Shown: piece after piece, positions 8,299 through 17,645 of the stretch
Layout of the letters: the number at the start of each line of letters is the position of its first letter
Numbering within the stretch: position 1 is the stretch's first letter
Source: an uncultured Clostridia bacterium
Lineage (GTDB): Bacteria > Bacillota > Clostridia > Peptostreptococcales > Anaerovoracaceae
DNA: 64,000 nt
Direction of reading: 5' to 3'
NCBI GenBank assembly: GCA_944386095.1
Contig: CALWZU010000026.1
Coordinates: 1,184 to 65,183 of the forward strand
Position numbers and translations under genes: made by a program
The notes under the pieces: generated by a model
What the model saw: only the letters and a program-made list of their open reading frames with translations
The model's database searches: none
Told to the model about the DNA's origin: nothing

Positions 8299-8781
8299 CT
8301 ATTTCATTTGATATTTTCTGCAAATAAATTCGTAAACCTTTTCCGGCACCATATCCTCAACCCTGCCGCCAAAGCTGAATACCTCCTTGACAGCGCTGGA
8401 GCTGATATAGGAATACCGTTGATCCGTCATCAAAAACACCGTTTCCATTTTATCGTAGAGCATGGCGTTGACCTGGGCCATTTGGATCTCATATTCAAAA
8501 TCCATGGCGCTGCGCAGGCCCCGCAGCACTACCTGAATATCCTTTTCCCGAATATACTCCACCAGCAACCCTTCAAAAACATCCACCTTTACATTGGGCA
8601 GGTCGGCCACCTGCGCCTGGATCATTTCCTTTCTTTCCTCCAGGGAAAACATGGGTGTTTTTGTTATGCTGCTGATGATGCCGATGATCAGTTCGTCAGC
8701 CATTTTCGCGCCGCGCTTGATAATGTCATAATGTCCCAGGGTCATCGGATCAAAGGATCCGGAATACAGCATTCTTTTCAT
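8299..8781 (-). CDS. coaD: phosphopantetheine adenylyltransferase
   Basis: YSGSFDPMTLGHYDIIKRG (T/HxGH motif). About 160 aa. Conserved rsmD-coaD pairing. Confidence 0.95.
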   Translation of the reverse strand: MKRMLYSGSFDPMTLGHYDIIKRGAKMADELIIGIISSITKTPMFSLEERKEMIQAQVADLPNVKVDVFEGLLVEYIREKDIQVVLRGLRSAMDFEYEIQMAQVNAMLYDKMETVFLMTDQRYSYISSSAVKEVFSFGGRVEDMVPEKVYEFICRKYQMK

Positions 8782-8783
8782 GG

Positions 8784-9332
8784 TTATTTCTGTCTCCTGT
8801 AAATCGATATGGCACAGGCGCCGTAACGCCGTTGCTTTTCACAAACAAAAGCCTCCGGCAGGTTTTCCGGGATCTGTCCGGCCCCGTGCTCCAAAACGGC
8901 AATGCCGTTTACCTTCAGCCTGTCCTGCTCAAGGATCGCTTCCAGGCAGGGCTTCCATAGATAATCTTGATAGGGCGGATCCAGAAACACGATGTCCGCC
9001 TGATACGGAAACCGGCTGATGGCTTTATGGAAGTCTCCAAGCACCACGATGCTTCTGTCCTCCAGACGGCAGCGGCGAATATTTTCTTTTGTGAGCTGAT
9101 AGCTTTCCTTGCTTTTATCACAAAAGCATCCGTAACGGGCCCCCCTGCTGAGAGCTTCAATACCCAGTCCGCCTGAGCCCGAAAACAGGTCGTATATGAC
9201 CGTACTGTCATCGATCTGGCCAATCAGGAGATTGAAAAGGGATTCCTTCACCCGGTCTGTTGTCGGTCTGACGGCATCGTCTTTAGGCGGTATGAGTTTT
9301 TTTCCCCTAAGCGTGCCTGCTATCACTCTCAC
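8784..9332 (-). CDS. rsmD: 16S rRNA (guanine966-N2)-methyltransferase
   Basis: GTG start after AAGGGAGG. MRVIAGTLRGKKL..RPTTDRVKESLFN and the VFLDPPY motif. Confidence 0.9.
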   Translation of the reverse strand: MRVIAGTLRGKKLIPPKDDAVRPTTDRVKESLFNLLIGQIDDSTVIYDLFSGSGGLGIEALSRGARYGCFCDKSKESYQLTKENIRRCRLEDRSIVVLGDFHKAISRFPYQADIVFLDPPYQDYLWKPCLEAILEQDRLKVNGIAVLEHGAGQIPENLPEAFVCEKQRRYGACAISIYRRQK

Positions 9333-9355
9333 TGGATCAGCCTCCCTTTCATGCT

Positions 9356-9385
9356 ATTCTAACATACCTGTCACTTTCATGGCAA
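9356..9385 (-). promoter_or_regulatory. putative sigma-A promoter of rsmD-coaD
   Basis: Minus strand has TTGCCA, an 18-nt spacer, then TAGAAT with a TG extension (TGTTAGAAT). Confidence 0.45.
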
Positions 9386-9400
9386 GTATGCAAGCACATA

Positions 9401-9447
9401 AAATGGCAAAAGCCGCATCTGCGCAAATCAAATGCGTCAAATGCGGC
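9401..9447 (-). terminator. terminator of the SASP gene
   Basis: Minus strand has stem GCCGCAT...ATGCGGC with an inner CGCA/TGCG stem, followed by TTTTGCCATTTTAT. Confidence 0.55.
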
Positions 9448-9484
9448 CTCCGCCTTGGCATACACCTTTTCCCAAAATCTCCGG

Positions 9485-9679
9485 TTATTTTCCGGACATC
9501 TGATTTTCAGCCATTTCTACCAGCTTCTTGGTCATATATCCGCCCACGTAGCCATTCTGTCTTGCGGTCAGATTTCCCTTATCGGTATTCTGATAATTAG
9601 ACAGTCCCAGCTCGCCTGCGATCTCATACTTCATGTTGTCCAGGCCGTTTTTGGCTTTTACCTTCATTTCTTTACTCAT
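9485..9679 (-). CDS. alpha/beta-type small acid-soluble spore protein
   Basis: 64 aa. KYEIAGELG and GGYMTKKLVEMAE are the two conserved SASP blocks. RBS AAGGAGGTG. Confidence 0.9.
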   Translation of the reverse strand: MSKEMKVKAKNGLDNMKYEIAGELGLSNYQNTDKGNLTARQNGYVGGYMTKKLVEMAENQMSGK

Positions 9680-9958
9680 GACAACTTCACCTCCTTACGC
9701 TATTAAGTGTTACCCTGAGGTGTAAAAGTATGAGATGTAAAACTTGGGGATTTTTCCACTCTTTTTTATTTCATCCCCCTGTTTCATTTTTCAGCCCTTG
9801 TTTTTTCGTTTTTTATTTTATCCCGGCAGACAAATACCTTGCGCAAAACATTTTTCTCTCCGGTTTTCTCTGAAAGAGCCTTTTCCTTCTTCCTGTTCTA
9901 TCTTTTTAAATGCCATTGTACATGATAAGCATTTTCCCCATACGCTCCAAAGAAATTT

Positions 9959-12055
9959 TCAACCGGCAGACTCCCCGGATTGAAACCGCCGGTGGATTTC
10001 CCTTTTCAGCCGCCGGTTTTCCGGCTTCTCAAGGAAAGGATCTTCCTTCATCAGCCTTTTCGTTTCTTCTGAAGCCGCCTTAAGGATTTTTTTATGGCGC
10101 ACAAGATCCGCTATTCTTAGCTCAGGCAGGCCATGCTGCCTGAGGCCGAAGAATTCACCGGGCCCCCGCAGCGTCAGATCCATCTCGGCGATTCGAAAAC
10201 CATCGTCGGTTTCTACCATGGCCCTTGCTCTTTTTCGGGCCACCTCCGATTGAAAGCTTCCGATAAGCATACAGTAGGCTCCATGGCTTCCTCTTCCTAC
10301 CCGTCCCCTGAGCTGGTGCATCTGGGAAAGGCCAAACCGGTCCGCATGCTCTATTATCATCACCGTGGCATTTGGCACGTTGATCCCCACCTCGATGACC
10401 ACGGTGGAAACCAGAAGCTGGATCCGGCCCTTCTGAAAGGCTTCCATAACCTGATCCTTTTCCTCCTGCTTCATCCTTCCGTGAAGCAGCGCCACGGAAA
10501 ATTCCGCAAAATGCTCTTTCATCTCCAGATAGATTTCCTCCGCCGATTTCAGATCCATCTCCTGGCTGGATTCGATCAGGGGTGCGACCACATAGCCCTG
10601 CCGGCCCTCCTTTAGCTGCTGGTATAAAATCCGATAAGCCAAAGCCCGTTTATCCTCCTCAAAGGCGGCGGTTCGGACCGGCTGCCTCCCGGCCGGCTTT
10701 TCATCTATCAGAGAAACATCCATATCCGCATAAAGCGTCAGCGCCAGGGTCCTGGGAATCGGCGTTGCCGTCATGACCAGGGTGTCGCAGTTCTCCCCCT
10801 TCTGATTTAAAAGCTCTCTTTGCATAACCCCGAAACGATGCTGTTCATCGGTGATCACAAGCCCCAGCCTGTGAAAGACCACCGATGGCTGGATCAGCGC
10901 GTGGGTACCAATCAGGACATGGATCCGGCCCTTTGCCAGTTCTTCCAGTACCAGGCGGCGCTGTCCCGGGGCAAGGCTTGACGAAAGGAAGCCGATCCGA
11001 AACGGTTCTCCCTTTCCCTTCTCTGTTCTAACGCCTTCAAACAGCTGAGAAAAGGTCTGGACATGCTGCCTTGCCAGGATCTCCGTAGGCGCCATCAGCA
11101 CAGCCTGATAGCCGCACATAACCGCTTTATAGACCGCTCCCGCCGCCACGACCGTTTTCCCCGAGCCCACATCTCCCTGAACCAATCTGCGCATCACCTT
11201 TTCGGATTCCATATCCGAAAGGATCTGCTCAAGGGTTCGCTTTTGAGCGGTTGTCAAAGAATAGGGCATAGCTTCTATAAAAGGGCGGATGCTAAGGCCG
11301 GGATCAAACACAATACCCTTTCCGGAAAGGGAAAAACGGGCTTTTGCAAGCTGGAGCCCCGCTGAAAGGATCATGAATTCTTCAAAGATCAGCCGGTATT
11401 TTGCAACCAGCATCTGCCGCCTTTCCATGGGGAAATGAATATTTTGCAAAGCATAATCGATGCCGCACAGCTGATGGAGCCGGCGGGTTTTTAAAGGCAG
11501 ATATTCCTCCAGCGCGCCTGCCTTTTCCGCCTCCTGCAAAACGGCCGCCGCCGCCCGCCGCCGGTCTGTTTGAGAAAGGCCCTGGGTCAGAGGGTATACA
11601 GGAAGGATCCCCTGAGACTGAGGATCCTTTTCATCTGACAGGCGTCCCCACTGGGGATGCAGCATCTGGGGCGTTTGGCCTGCAAAGGAAACCTTGCCGA
11701 AAAACCACAGCCTGTCCCCTCTTTTGATCTGCCGGCTCACGTAGGAAGCATGAAAAAACAGCACCTGCATTCCCCCGGTCTCATCCCTGGCCAAAAGGTG
11801 AAGGGTCTGTTTTCCTCCCCTGCGATAGGGCCCTTTTTTTTGCCCGATCACTACCGCTCTCACAAAGGCCGTCTCTCCCTCTTCTAGCGCTGCGATGGAT
11901 TTTTGGTTGGTTCTGTCTTCGTAATCCCTTGGGAAGGCGTACAGCACGTCTTTCCAGGTGTAAATCTCCATTTTTTGAAAATACGCCGCTTTTTTGGGGC
12001 CGATACCTTTTATCGTCCCGATCTGATTTTCCAGCAGGCTGCTTATCTCCCTCAC
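9959..12055 (-). CDS. recG: ATP-dependent DNA helicase RecG
   Basis: GDVGSGKT (Walker A), DEQHRFG, TATPIPRT, and wedge-domain N-terminus GIGPKKAAYF...FPRDYEDR. GTG start. Confidence 0.95.
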   Translation of the reverse strand: MREISSLLENQIGTIKGIGPKKAAYFQKMEIYTWKDVLYAFPRDYEDRTNQKSIAALEEGETAFVRAVVIGQKKGPYRRGGKQTLHLLARDETGGMQVLFFHASYVSRQIKRGDRLWFFGKVSFAGQTPQMLHPQWGRLSDEKDPQSQGILPVYPLTQGLSQTDRRRAAAAVLQEAEKAGALEEYLPLKTRRLHQLCGIDYALQNIHFPMERRQMLVAKYRLIFEEFMILSAGLQLAKARFSLSGKGIVFDPGLSIRPFIEAMPYSLTTAQKRTLEQILSDMESEKVMRRLVQGDVGSGKTVVAAGAVYKAVMCGYQAVLMAPTEILARQHVQTFSQLFEGVRTEKGKGEPFRIGFLSSSLAPGQRRLVLEELAKGRIHVLIGTHALIQPSVVFHRLGLVITDEQHRFGVMQRELLNQKGENCDTLVMTATPIPRTLALTLYADMDVSLIDEKPAGRQPVRTAAFEEDKRALAYRILYQQLKEGRQGYVVAPLIESSQEMDLKSAEEIYLEMKEHFAEFSVALLHGRMKQEEKDQVMEAFQKGRIQLLVSTVVIEVGINVPNATVMIIEHADRFGLSQMHQLRGRVGRGSHGAYCMLIGSFQSEVARKRARAMVETDDGFRIAEMDLTLRGPGEFFGLRQHGLPELRIADLVRHKKILKAASEETKRLMKEDPFLEKPENRRLKREIHRRFQSGESAG

Positions 12056-12500
12056 GTTCCTCTGTCCTTTTCTCCCTTTCCCCGCTTTGTTTTTTTCCCT
12101 CCAGAGAATCCTCTATACTGATCCGCCTCTCCACCATGGTTTTTTTGGTCTTTAACCCCACCACATCGATCTGGATATGCTCCGGCTCCAGCTGAAGGTA
12201 TGCCCGCAGATCCCGGCGGATCTCAGAAATCAGCCCCCTTGTCACCTGAGAGATAGGCAGGCCGAAAAACAGGATCACATATAGCTGAATGCGGATTTTT
12301 CCCTCTTTATCCCTTCTGATGACTATATAATCGGCATTTCTGTCAAAGGATATTTTTTTTGGCACAAGGGAAATCTGCCCCTTTGCGTTGGTCAGGGCAA
12401 AAACCTCCTTGTGTCTCAAAACGGTCTCCTTGATGATCTTGGCGGCCACCGGCCGTTCTATATCCACAATGCCCCGTTTCCCTTCGATTCTCACAAGCAC
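11781..12500 (-). CDS. Asp23/Gls24-like protein, apparently 3'-extended 275 nt into recG
   Basis: The N-terminal ~125 aa are Asp23-like (GIVDIERPVAAKIIKETV...IRIQLYVILFFGLPISQVTRGLISEIRRDL...IDVVGLK). The rest is a charged low-complexity tail in another frame of recG. See finding. Confidence 0.6.
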   Translation of the reverse strand: MLVRIEGKRGIVDIERPVAAKIIKETVLRHKEVFALTNAKGQISLVPKKISFDRNADYIVIRRDKEGKIRIQLYVILFFGLPISQVTRGLISEIRRDLRAYLQLEPEHIQIDVVGLKTKKTMVERRISIEDSLEGKKQSGEREKRTEEREGDKQPAGKSDRDDKRYRPQKSGVFSKNGDLHLERRAVRLPKGLRRQNQPKIHRSARRGRDGLCESGSDRAKKRALSQGRKTDPSPFGQG

Positions 12501-12649
12501 CGGCTTACATTCCTTTCTGCCTTTTCTTTTTGTATTGTATCATATCACCCTGGTCATCTTCCAGCCCCTTCCTGAGAAAGGCCTTCTCTCTTCCTTTTTA
12601 TTTTTGAGAAAAAAATTATTAAAAGCCCCTTATAAAAGTAAATTTTTGT

Positions 12650-12678
12650 TTTACAAGTTCTTTTCCATATGGTATAAT
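12650..12678 (+). promoter_or_regulatory. putative sigma-A promoter of rpmB
   Basis: TTTACA, a 17-nt spacer, then TATAAT with an upstream TG (TGGTATAAT). Confidence 0.55.
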
Positions 12679-12743
12679 GCTCCTTGTTCAGTGCGAAACA
12701 ATGAGCCTTAACATAAAAAGACGGCAAGGGGAGGTGTAGCGAA

Positions 12744-12935
12744 ATGTCAAGAAAATGCGAAATTTGCGGAAAAGGACAGGTTTCCGGCAATCAGGTCAGC
12801 CATTCCAACAGACACAGCAGAAGAAAATGGAATGCCAATATCCAGACCGTCCGGATCGTAGAAAACGGCAAAGTCAGAAGGGCCAATGTCTGCACAAGAT
12901 GCATCAGATCCAATAGAATCACCAGAGCCGTATAA
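12744..12935 (+). CDS. rpmB: 50S ribosomal protein L28
   Basis: MSRKCEICGKGQVSGNQVSHSNRHSRRKWNANIQ. RBS GGGGAGG. Confidence 0.95.
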   Translation: MSRKCEICGKGQVSGNQVSHSNRHSRRKWNANIQTVRIVENGKVRRANVCTRCIRSNRITRAV

Positions 12936-12983
12936 TCCGGCCTCTCTTGCATCTTGTTGAGCTTAGACAAAAATCATCATAAG

Positions 12984-13019
12984 AAACCACCGAACAGGCT
13001 TCGGTGGTTTTTGTTTTTT
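12984..13019. terminator. terminator shared by rpmB (+) and the convergent thiN-small ORF unit (-)
   Basis: Stem AAACCACCGAA-CAGGC-TTCGGTGGTTT followed by TTGTTTTTT. Confidence 0.8.
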
Positions 13020-13195
13020 CAGCATCGCAGAAGCTGCCAGCCCAGAAAAGCCGCCAGAACGGCAAGGGCCACAAACCAGACGGCATGGGGCAGGCAAACG
13101 ATCAAAAATACGCCCAGCCCAGCGGCGATCAGGATTTTTCCGGTTTTTTTCACATCGCACCTGCTCTTCTGACAGAGGTTTTTTCGATTCTTCAT
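13019..13195 (-). CDS. 58-aa small membrane protein (below the 60-aa track cut-off)
   Basis: Hand translation gives MKNRKNLCQKSRCDVKKTGKILIAAGLGVFLIVCLPHAVWFVALAVLAAFLGWQLLRC. RBS GAGGTGA lies 6 nt upstream. It starts 33 nt after the thiN stop, and its own stop abuts the terminator. Confidence 0.5.
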   Translation of the reverse strand: MKNRKNLCQKSRCDVKKTGKILIAAGLGVFLIVCLPHAVWFVALAVLAAFLGWQLLRC

Positions 13196-13228
13196 GGCGC
13201 ATCACCTCTTGCCAGTATATGCGGGCCT

Positions 13229-13981
13229 CTATATTTGGTTTCCCTCCGCCGGCCGGTCTTTTGAAAAAATCACAAGGAGCCTTCCTTCCTCAAAGAAAAT
13301 CCGGCCTCTTTTTTCTGAAAACTCATTGCTGATGCAAAGGGTTTCCCCCGCTTTCCCGTCAAAATCCTTCAATGGGTATCGAAAACCTTCAAGGGTAATG
13401 CCCCGGCAATCATCCAAAAGCAGAAGAGAGACGTAAAGGATCCCTTTTTCTTCCGGCTCGAAAAGCAGACGCCTTACCTCTTCCTCGGAAAAGTCCATCT
13501 GCTTTTCCCCTGCCAGGATCAGATTGCACCGGTCGATCAGCCGGCCTTTCCCGCCCCTGCCGAGAATATGGTACAAAAGCATGATATTGGCCAGGCAGTG
13601 ATCCATCCTGCCCCCGGTGGCGCCAAACAGATCCAGTCTTTGAAAGCCCCTGTCCATGGCGATATCGATGGCAAGCTGCATATCCGTATCGTCCTTTTCC
13701 GCAGGGTAGATTTGTATAGGCAGACCTCTTTTTCTCAGCTCCTCCAGCACAGAAGGCTCCAGGGAATCAAAGTCTCCCACCAGGAGGTCCCCCTGAAGCC
13801 GCCCCTTTAGGATTTCCTTTCCCACTCCGTCGCAGCAGATCACAAGCCCGTAGGCTCCTTCATTGAGAAGCCTGCGCTCCCGCTCGCTCAGCCCTCCGTT
13901 TGCCACGATCGCCCCGGCGCCCTCCCCTAAAGGAAACAGGCTTTCCCGCCGGTGCATATTTTTTTCTCCCTTCATGATCAA
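13229..13981 (-). CDS. thiN: thiamine diphosphokinase
   Basis: LVGDFDS, YPAEKDDTDMQLA and GATGGRMDH motifs. ATGA overlap with the rpe stop. Confidence 0.85.
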   Translation of the reverse strand: MIMKGEKNMHRRESLFPLGEGAGAIVANGGLSERERRLLNEGAYGLVICCDGVGKEILKGRLQGDLLVGDFDSLEPSVLEELRKRGLPIQIYPAEKDDTDMQLAIDIAMDRGFQRLDLFGATGGRMDHCLANIMLLYHILGRGGKGRLIDRCNLILAGEKQMDFSEEEVRRLLFEPEEKGILYVSLLLLDDCRGITLEGFRYPLKDFDGKAGETLCISNEFSEKRGRIFFEEGRLLVIFSKDRPAEGNQI

Positions 13982-14637
13982 TACCCCATAAGCTTCAAAA
14001 ACTTCACCGTTTCTTTCTCCGGATCATTTTGGGAAAAAATCGCGGATCCCGCCACAAGGATGTTGGCGCCCGCCTCCAGAAGCTCCTTCCCGTTGGAAAG
14101 CTTCACGCCCCCGTCTACTTCAATATCTACAGAAAGCCCTCTCTTGCTGATCATTTCATGAAGCCTGCGGATTTTATCCAGGCCGCCCTCAATAAAGCTT
14201 TGTCCTCCAAAACCCGGATTCACCGTCATCACGATGACCATGTCGATATCCTCCAAAATCTCTTCCAACGTCCAAAGGGGTGTCGCCGGATTGATGGCGA
14301 CGCCCGCCTTTACTCCCAGGGATTTGATGTTCTGGATGCTTCTGTGAAGATGGGGGCAGGCCTCCTGATGGACGGAAATCACCTTTGTATTCGGGAAAAC
14401 AAAGGATTTCACATAACGATCCGGATTTTCAATCATCAGATGAATATCAAAGGGCATAGTGGTCTTTCCGATCAGCCCCTCCAGCACCACCGGCCCCATG
14501 GTGATATTGGGAACAAAATGCCCGTCCATCACATCGACGTGAAGCATATGGGCTCCTCCGGCCTCAACCTTTTTAACGTCCTCATAAAGTCTTCCGAAAT
14601 CCGCCGACAAAATCGACGGAGATAACAGCCTCTGCAT
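13978..14637 (-). CDS. rpe: ribulose-phosphate 3-epimerase
   Basis: SPSILSADF, HVDVMDGHFVPN, VMTVNPGFGGQ. Confidence 0.95.
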   Translation of the reverse strand: MQRLLSPSILSADFGRLYEDVKKVEAGGAHMLHVDVMDGHFVPNITMGPVVLEGLIGKTTMPFDIHLMIENPDRYVKSFVFPNTKVISVHQEACPHLHRSIQNIKSLGVKAGVAINPATPLWTLEEILEDIDMVIVMTVNPGFGGQSFIEGGLDKIRRLHEMISKRGLSVDIEVDGGVKLSNGKELLEAGANILVAGSAIFSQNDPEKETVKFLKLMGY

Positions 14638-14652
14638 GTCCTACCTCCCATA

Positions 14653-15558
14653 TCAATATCTCTTTTGCTTTTTTCTTTCCTGCAGCTCCTGATACAGCTT
14701 CACATATGCTTCATAGCGCAGGGAGCTGATCGCACCCTGGCGCACCCCTTCCTTCACCCCGCAGTCCGGCTCCAGAATATGGGCGCAGCCGCCAAACCGG
14801 CAGTCCCGGGCCCAGGGCGTAAAATCAGGATAATATTCCTTCAGCTCCGCCGGCTCCATATCCAGAAGGGAAAAAGAAGTAAAGCCCGGCGTATCAAAAA
14901 TAAAAAGGCCTTCTGCCCCAAGAAGCTCCACATGCCTTGTGGTATGCTTTCCCCGAAGGGTCTTTTCGCTTATCGCGCCGGTTTCCATGGAAAAGCCGCC
15001 AAGAGCATTGGCCAGGCTGGACTTTCCTACGCCCGAGGGGCCCGTCAGCATGATTTTCTTTCCCTTCAGCATTTCTTTAAGCCCCTGGAGCGTATCCCTT
15101 TTCAAAGCGCTGACAAAAAACAAGGGATAGCCGGTTGCTCTGTAGCGCTGCCGGACCTGACAGGCAAAATCCTCTCGGGCAAGATCGGCTTTATTAAAAA
15201 CCAAAATCACCTGGGCGTCCTTTTTTTCCGCCATGAGGATCAGCTTGTCCAGTAAAAGAAAATTCGGTTTGGGATCCGCGGCCGCCGATACCGCCAAAAC
15301 CACGTCCACATTTGCCACAGGGGGCCTGACAAAAGCGTTCCGTCTTGGAAGGACGCGGCTGAGCACAAAATCCTGATGCTCTCCCGGCCGGATACAGACC
15401 CGGTCTCCTACCATAGGCGTAATCCCTTCCTTGCGGAAAAGGCCCTTGGCTTTACACTCATAAACATCGCCGGAGGCTTCCACATAGTAGAAGCCTCCGA
15501 TTCCTTTTACAATCGTTCCCGTGTATTCCGTTTCTTTATTGGAATTCTCCTGTTTCAA
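14653..15558 (-). CDS. rsgA: ribosome small-subunit-dependent GTPase A
   Basis: OB-fold N-terminus, GPSGVGKSSL, and C-terminal zinc site CRFGGCAHILEPDC. Confidence 0.95.
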   Translation of the reverse strand: MKQENSNKETEYTGTIVKGIGGFYYVEASGDVYECKAKGLFRKEGITPMVGDRVCIRPGEHQDFVLSRVLPRRNAFVRPPVANVDVVLAVSAAADPKPNFLLLDKLILMAEKKDAQVILVFNKADLAREDFACQVRQRYRATGYPLFFVSALKRDTLQGLKEMLKGKKIMLTGPSGVGKSSLANALGGFSMETGAISEKTLRGKHTTRHVELLGAEGLFIFDTPGFTSFSLLDMEPAELKEYYPDFTPWARDCRFGGCAHILEPDCGVKEGVRQGAISSLRYEAYVKLYQELQERKKQKRY

Positions 15559-17641
15559 AATTCAGTTTCCCCTCATACGTCAGTTTGTCGTCATAGTATA
15601 CCGTAATGGTGGCCGTTCCGCTGCCTGTTACGTCGATGGTTTCCCCATCGTCGGATTTATAATGGACCTCATCGTGCACCATGGTCACCGTTCCGTCCTG
15701 GGTCATATTGATCTTGATGCGGAACACTTCATTGGGCGACTTGGTATAGTCAAGGCGCAGGGGAACGGTCTGGGTTTCTCCGCCGCTTTGTCCTGCCGCC
15801 GCCTTTGCGGGATCCATTCCCTGGCTGACCACCAGCTGAACGCTGGTATCCTCATCGATCCGGGCGCCTTCCGACACGCTCTGTTCCATAACAACGCCCT
15901 CTTCTATGTCGTCGCTGTATTCATACTGGAAAGTGATATCGCTTACTCCCAGTCCATTGAGCTGGGACTGAGCCGAGCTCTTCTGCTTGCCTACCACATT
16001 GGGCATGGTGGCGGGCTCCTTTCCGGAGCTGAGGACCAGATCGATCTTGGTTTCGGGGCCGCCCTGGCTTTCACTGTCCGGGTCCTGGGAAAGCACCGTA
16101 TCCTTTTCCGCTTCGTTATCTTCATAGGATACATCTCCCAGCTGGTAGCCAGCCTCTGTAATCGCCAAAACAGCCTCGTCATAGGATTTGCCTACCACAT
16201 TGGGTATATTGGTCTGCCCCTGTCCCTGACAGATGGAAACCTTTATGGTAAAGCCCTTTTTGACCCGGTCTCCCATATTCGGGCTCTGGCTGGTGACCTC
16301 TCCCACCTCCGCCTGGTCGTCATAGACCCGGTCGATGATTTCCATTTCCAGGCCCATTTCTTCCAGCATCCGCTGGGCGTCCTCATAATTTTCCCCCACA
16401 ACATTGGGTACCGTCACAGGTTCGCTGTTTGTGGAAATGAAGTTCCATAAAAAATAGCTCGCAAAGAAGGCCGCCACGATTCCGAAAATAACGCCGAAAA
16501 GCTTTCCTTTGGAAACCCGGGTTTTTCCCTTGGGCTTTTTGGCCTTCTTCCCCTTTTTCTTTGCTTTTTCGTTTTGGGACATATCCGCCTCCTGGGGCAG
16601 CTCCCTTACTTCCGGTTCCTGATCGGGCTCTTCTTCATACTCTTCCTGTTCCTGAAGCAGTTCCTGTTCATAATCCTTTCCCATCACAAGGGTTTCGGAA
16701 GAAGCAGGGCCCTCCCCGCCATAGCCTGCCGCCGCAAGAGCGGCCATCCCCAAGCCTTCCTGAGGATTTTCCTCTTCTGAAAAAGCGCCCTGTTCCTGAT
16801 TTTGGGCCATCAATTCCTCTTCTGCGTCAAGATCGATGCTCTCCAGGGCTTCTACCAGTTCTTCGGCGTCGGAAAACCGGTTTACCTGATATTTTTCCGT
16901 CGCCTTGAGGATGATTTTTTCAAGGCTTTTGGACATCCGGGGCGCATACTTGGAGGGAGGCGTGATGGGGTCGTTGATCTGCATCATCGCCACCGCTACC
17001 GGATTGTCGCCGTCAAAGGGAACGCGGCCTGTAATCATTTCATACATTACGATCCCCAGAGAATAAATGTCCGACTTTCCGTCTACATAGCCTCCCCTTG
17101 CCTGCTCCGGCGAAAAGTAATGCACCGAACCCATAATGGCTCCCGGTGCGACAAGGGTTTTGGAATTGACCGCCTTGGCAATGCCAAAATCGGTGATTTT
17201 AGCCGTTCCGTCAGAGGTCACCAGGATATTGTGAGGTTTTACGTCCCGGTGAATGATATGGTTTTTGTGGGCCAGGGCCAGAGCCGAAGCGATCTGCCTG
17301 CTGATCTGGATGGTATCATAATCCGACAGCCTGCCCTCCTGAGCGATGATGGAGCTCAAGGTCTTGCCGTCCACATATTCCATAACGATGTAATGAATAT
17401 TCTTCCCCTCCAGCCCCACATCGTAGATATTAACGATATTGGGATGGGACAGGCTTGCCGCGGCCTGGGATTCACGCCGGAAGCTTTCAATAAAGCTGGG
17501 ATCATCCAGGAATTCCGGCTTTAGGATTTTTATCGCCACATACCGGTGCAGCAGTCTGCATTTTGCTTTGTAGACCACCGACATGCCGCCTTCGCCGATT
17601 TTTTCCAGTATTTCGTATCTTCCGCCTAATACTCTGCTCAT
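15536..17641 (-). CDS. prkC: Ser/Thr protein kinase with PASTA repeats
   Basis: GEGGMSVVYKA, HRDVKPHNIL, DFGIA, one TM segment (LFGVIFGIVAAFFASYFLW), and three repeats each beginning VPNVVG/IPNVVG/MPNVVG. Confidence 0.95.
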   Translation of the reverse strand: MSRVLGGRYEILEKIGEGGMSVVYKAKCRLLHRYVAIKILKPEFLDDPSFIESFRRESQAAASLSHPNIVNIYDVGLEGKNIHYIVMEYVDGKTLSSIIAQEGRLSDYDTIQISRQIASALALAHKNHIIHRDVKPHNILVTSDGTAKITDFGIAKAVNSKTLVAPGAIMGSVHYFSPEQARGGYVDGKSDIYSLGIVMYEMITGRVPFDGDNPVAVAMMQINDPITPPSKYAPRMSKSLEKIILKATEKYQVNRFSDAEELVEALESIDLDAEEELMAQNQEQGAFSEEENPQEGLGMAALAAAGYGGEGPASSETLVMGKDYEQELLQEQEEYEEEPDQEPEVRELPQEADMSQNEKAKKKGKKAKKPKGKTRVSKGKLFGVIFGIVAAFFASYFLWNFISTNSEPVTVPNVVGENYEDAQRMLEEMGLEMEIIDRVYDDQAEVGEVTSQSPNMGDRVKKGFTIKVSICQGQGQTNIPNVVGKSYDEAVLAITEAGYQLGDVSYEDNEAEKDTVLSQDPDSESQGGPETKIDLVLSSGKEPATMPNVVGKQKSSAQSQLNGLGVSDITFQYEYSDDIEEGVVMEQSVSEGARIDEDTSVQLVVSQGMDPAKAAAGQSGGETQTVPLRLDYTKSPNEVFRIKINMTQDGTVTMVHDEVHYKSDDGETIDVTGSGTATITVYYDDKLTYEGKLNFETGEFQ

Positions 17642-17645
17642 GATG

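Noticed and set aside
9333-9484. Possible ylbH (rsmD) leader RNA upstream of rsmD.
   Set aside because: The spacer is explained by the SASP terminator (9401-9447) plus a promoter whose -10 is only about 24 nt from the rsmD start codon. That leaves no room for a structured leader.
9726-9767. A sigma-G-like forespore promoter for the SASP gene (minus strand GGAAAAA-N18-CATACTT).
   Set aside because: The -10 resembles CATACTA, but the -35 match to the G-ATA consensus is poor. It is plausible biologically but too weak to report as a feature from sequence alone.
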